Of a DNA stretch of 64,000 nt, positions 59,914 through 64,000 are shown piece by piece. The DNA lies in NCBI GenBank assembly GCA_965237905.1, contig OZ250172.1, forward strand, positions 704,001 to 768,000, written 5' to 3'. The notes below the pieces were generated by a model. The model had not been told where the DNA came from. It worked only from the letters and a program-made list of their open reading frames with translations, and searched no databases. A program made the translations under genes and the position numbers. Each line of letters opens with the position of its first letter. Positions within the stretch are counted from its first letter, which is position 1. The DNA comes from Nitrospinaceae bacterium. GTDB taxonomy: Bacteria > Nitrospinota > Nitrospinia > Nitrospinales > Nitrospinaceae.

Positions 59914-60222
59914 ATGACCCTTGAAATCAAACTCTATAAGGCGGGCATTCAGTTTGCGGCGGCCATTCAGCCGCGGGCGTCGCGCAACCAGATTCTCGGA
60001 ATCCACAACCAGTGCTTGAAAATCAAACTGACTTCGCCACCGGTGGACGGCGCGGCCAACCAGGCATGCATCAAATTTCTGGCGAAAGCATTCGGCATCA
60101 GCCCCTCGCGCGTCTCCATCGTCAAGGGCGAAACCAGCAGGAATAAAACCATCCAGTTCGAAGGAATGGACCCCAAAACTTTTATGAGCATTCTCGCGTC
60201 CCTGATACCCGAAGCGACTTAA
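59914..60222 (+). CDS. DUF167/YggU family protein
   Basis: IQPRASRN, PPVDGAAN, GETSRNK; yggT-divIVA-yggU synteny. Confidence 0.9.
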   Translation: MTLEIKLYKAGIQFAAAIQPRASRNQILGIHNQCLKIKLTSPPVDGAANQACIKFLAKAFGISPSRVSIVKGETSRNKTIQFEGMDPKTFMSILASLIPEAT

Positions 60223-60236
60223 AATGGTAAAACGCT

Positions 60237-61273
<1,037 letters not shown>

Positions 61274-61277
<4 letters not shown>

Positions 61278-62260
61278 AAGCGATGATCCTGGCGGCGGGA
61301 TTCGGCACGCGCCTCAGACCCCTCACCGACAAGGTTCCGAAACCGATGGTGCCGATCATGAACCGGCCCATCCTGGAACACACGATTCATCTGCTCCGTA
61401 GCCACGGCATCCACGACATCACCGTCAACCTGCACCACCTGCCGGAGATGATCAAAGGATATTTTGGTGACGGCAAAGATTTCGGGGTGCAACTGCACTG
61501 GTCGCACGAACCGGAAATTCTCGGCACGGCGGGCGGCATCAAGAAGGCACAAAAATTTCTGGAGGGCGAAGCGTTTCTGGTGATCAACAGCGACGTGGTG
61601 GTGGATATCGACCTCGACAAGGTCATCTCCTTCCACAAGGCGCAGGGTTCGGCGTTGACACTGGTGGTGCGCGCAGGTGACTCGCCGGAGCAGTGCGATC
61701 CGATTGAAGTCGACGCAAACGATCGCATCGTGCACATGGTCGGCACGTCTTCCATGAACATGCCGGACGACACCACGCGCGTGCTGTTCACCGGCATTCA
61801 GGTGATGGAGCCGGAAATTTTCGACCGCATCCCGGAAAACAAATTTTACGGCACCACCACCGACGTGTTCCCCGGCATGCTGGAGGATGGATTACCGATG
61901 TTCGCGACCTGGCACACCGGCTACTGGAAAGACATCGGCACGATTCAGAGTTACCTGGACGTGCACAAGGATTTGCTGGACGGGCGCATGGAAGGCGGAC
62001 TCCCCATCGAGAACAACCCAGGCGGACAGCCACTAGTATTGATCGGGAAGAACTGTAAGATTGCCGACACCGCCAGCATCGGCCCCTACACCGTGCTCGG
62101 GGACAATTGCACCGTCGGCGACCACGCCGCCATCGAACACTCCATCTGCTGGGAAGGTGTTACATTAGGAAAGAATAGCCACGTCAAGCAATCCGTATTG
62201 GGAAACGGCGTGGCGGTGAAAGATAAAGAAACCCTCGATAAAAAAACTCTAGCCCAATAA
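61274..62260 (+). CDS. NDP-sugar synthase (mannose-1-phosphate guanylyltransferase-like)
   Basis: ILAAGFGTRLRPLT..PKP, LGTAGG, WKDIGT, C-terminal hexapeptide region. Confidence 0.92.
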
Positions 62261-62292
62261 AAAACCCCGCCCTGTTGCCAGAGCGGGGTTTT
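62261..62292. terminator. Bidirectional terminator
   Basis: AAAACCCCGC...GCGGGGTTTT between convergent genes. Confidence 0.85.
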
Positions 62293-62310
62293 GTTTGCGC
62301 AGAATTAACT

Positions 62311-62988
62311 TTACAGCATTTTGTGGTTGCTGAGGGTCATGGCATTGACCACGACGTTGCCCTCCTGGCAGTCGATGATGCGCCGTTGTTCGGGCAGGTC
62401 GTACTGGTCGACACGCGCGTAATGGTCGGTGTAACTCTCAACGTTTTTCAGCGCGTTGGTTTCCGGGTTGAAATAGAACACCGAATACTTTTTGGTCAGA
62501 AACTTATCCTCGGCATTCTTCACGCTTTCCTCGATGTTGATGGAAAACGAAAAGCGCGGCGTTTTGCGGTTGATCTGCTGGATGCGTCCGTCCTTCACAC
62601 GGTAGAACGAACCCATGCCATCGCCGCCCATGACGATACTGCGTCCCAGGGGATGCGTCCCCTCGTCGCCGAACGTCAGTTTGTATTTGCCGTCGGATTC
62701 GTCGAACGAGCGAGGTCCGCGGTGCATGGCGATTGACGCCAGGTTCTCCGATGCGAATTCCTTCGCCTTTTCATCCTGGAGCGTCAGTTCGATGTCCTTG
62801 GAGTTCTTCACGGTGACAGTCCCGGTTTCTTCCTTGCCGTTGATGTTCACATTGATATCGGCGGTGAATCCCTTGAAGTCGGCATTCCACCGTGCGGTAT
62901 TGCCGAACACTTCGCGCAGGGCTTCACGTGCTTTCGGATCGTCCTCCTGCGTGGTTGCGACGTCCTGTTCCTTGGTATAGGTGGCCAT
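62311..62988 (-). CDS. DUF3386-like protein
   Basis: AR...R......RW...F.GF.A, HR..RSF, YRVKD..I.QINR pattern; AAGGAG RBS. Confidence 0.75.
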   Translation of the reverse strand: MATYTKEQDVATTQEDDPKAREALREVFGNTARWNADFKGFTADINVNINGKEETGTVTVKNSKDIELTLQDEKAKEFASENLASIAMHRGPRSFDESDGKYKLTFGDEGTHPLGRSIVMGGDGMGSFYRVKDGRIQQINRKTPRFSFSINIEESVKNAEDKFLTKKYSVFYFNPETNALKNVESYTDHYARVDQYDLPEQRRIIDCQEGNVVVNAMTLSNHKML

Positions 62989-63110
62989 AAAGCAAGCTCC
63001 TTGATATATGAAAAGGTTGTCTATTGAGAGTCTTAAATCGGCACGGGGCCATGCGGCCAGCCGGCTTTTTCTGGAAGCGGTTATTGTATCACAGAGGGGA
63101 GCGGGTGGTC

Positions 63111-64000
63111 CTACTGCCCGCGGTAATACACGATAATATCGGCTTTTTTCCGGAGGACCTCGATATACCGCCCGACCAGCTTCTGGGCTTCGGTCATAAA
63201 CAGATGTTTTTGAATGGATTCCTCCACCTCCGCGAAGGGCGCATAATCCGACGGCTTGGTTTCCATGAGCTGAACGATGTGGTAGCCGTACTCGGTTTCG
63301 ACGATGCCGCTGGTCTCGCCGACTTTTAAATCGGCCACAGCCTTGTCGAATATGGGGTCGAACACGCCCTTGTACATGAAGTCGAGGTCGCCGCCCTTGC
63401 CGGCGCTTCCCTCGTCCTCCGAATATTGTTTGGCCAGATCTTCGAAACTTCCTCCCGCCTTGACTTTTCCATACACCTCGTCGATTTTCTTTTTGGAAGC
63501 CGCGCGGTATTCATCGGCCTTTCCCTTCATTTCCTCCGGCGGGGTGTTCTGCACGACATCAAAGGGAACGTAGGCGACAAAGATATGGCGCACCCGGAAG
63601 GATTCGGGCCGTTTGAAACTTTCCTTCTTGTCCTCGTAAAACTTTTTGACTTGGGTGTCGGTGATATGGACCTTGCCCTTAACCCGGTCATCGAGCAGGT
63701 TCTTGGCGATGAGGTCGACCTCGATGCCTTTTTTCAATTCATCCTCGGAGATTCCGCGGACCTTTAGAGTCTCCTGAAATTTTTCTTCCGATCCGTAGGA
63801 CTTTTTGAAATCCTGCAGTTCCTTTTCAACCGTTTCCGGAGACACGCCACTCCCCTTGGCCTGGCCCTCCTGGTACATGAGTTCCCGCACAATTTCCTTC
63901 TCGATGATGGCCCCCGCCAGTTTGGCTTTCTGCTGAGCGCTCAGGTTCTGGCCGATGCGGCGCATATCCAGGGTTATCCGGAACCGAATGTAATCGGAGC
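63111..64000 (-). CDS. PpiC-type peptidyl-prolyl isomerase (SurA/PrsA-like), 5'-truncated
   Basis: VRHIF, FEDLAKQYSED.GSA..GGDL, VETEYGYHI. Confidence 0.92.
   Translation of the reverse strand, partial: SDYIRFRITLDMRRIGQNLSAQQKAKLAGAIIEKEIVRELMYQEGQAKGSGVSPETVEKELQDFKKSYGSEEKFQETLKVRGISEDELKKGIEVDLIAKNLLDDRVKGKVHITDTQVKKFYEDKKESFKRPESFRVRHIFVAYVPFDVVQNTPPEEMKGKADEYRAASKKKIDEVYGKVKAGGSFEDLAKQYSEDEGSAGKGGDLDFMYKGVFDPIFDKAVADLKVGETSGIVETEYGYHIVQLMETKPSDYAPFAEVEESIQKHLFMTEAQKLVGRYIEVLRKKADIIVYYRGQ

Overview
Gene-dense chromosomal window from a Gram-negative bacterium. The gene set and protein style are most suggestive of a Nitrospinota/deltaproteobacteria-like lineage; this is an inference, not a database result. 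It is mostly core genes: accA, lpxD, lolDE, lysS, rny, 5-formyl-THF cyclo-ligase, 6S RNA, zapAB, a short pheT, rnr, a frameshifted comEC, gatCA, HU, sdhCAB, ispH, a squalene synthase, UDG, asmA-like, nifU-like, cstA, purA, proB, nfeD, kdsA, an hpnG-like phosphorylase, rlmD, asnS, yggT-divIVA-yggU, mtnA and a nucleotidyltransferase. I saw no tRNA, rRNA, CRISPR array, transposase or integrase. The most interesting structure is not protein-coding. (1) Two integrase-less mini-islets (421 bp and 835 bp period) each carry one orphan gene at the 3' end of a host gene (rnr; an ankyrin lipoprotein gene), with a ~80%-identical copy of that 3' end left on the far side. (2) Three nested palindromic composites are built from shared 7-, 8-, 9- and 10-mer modules; one fills the intergenic gap from one gene's stop to the next gene's likely start codon. 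(3) A 68-nt element occurs twice, 33 kb apart, at gene 3' ends and is a candidate structured RNA or repeat. Two small ORFs not called as such in the ORF track are also proposed.
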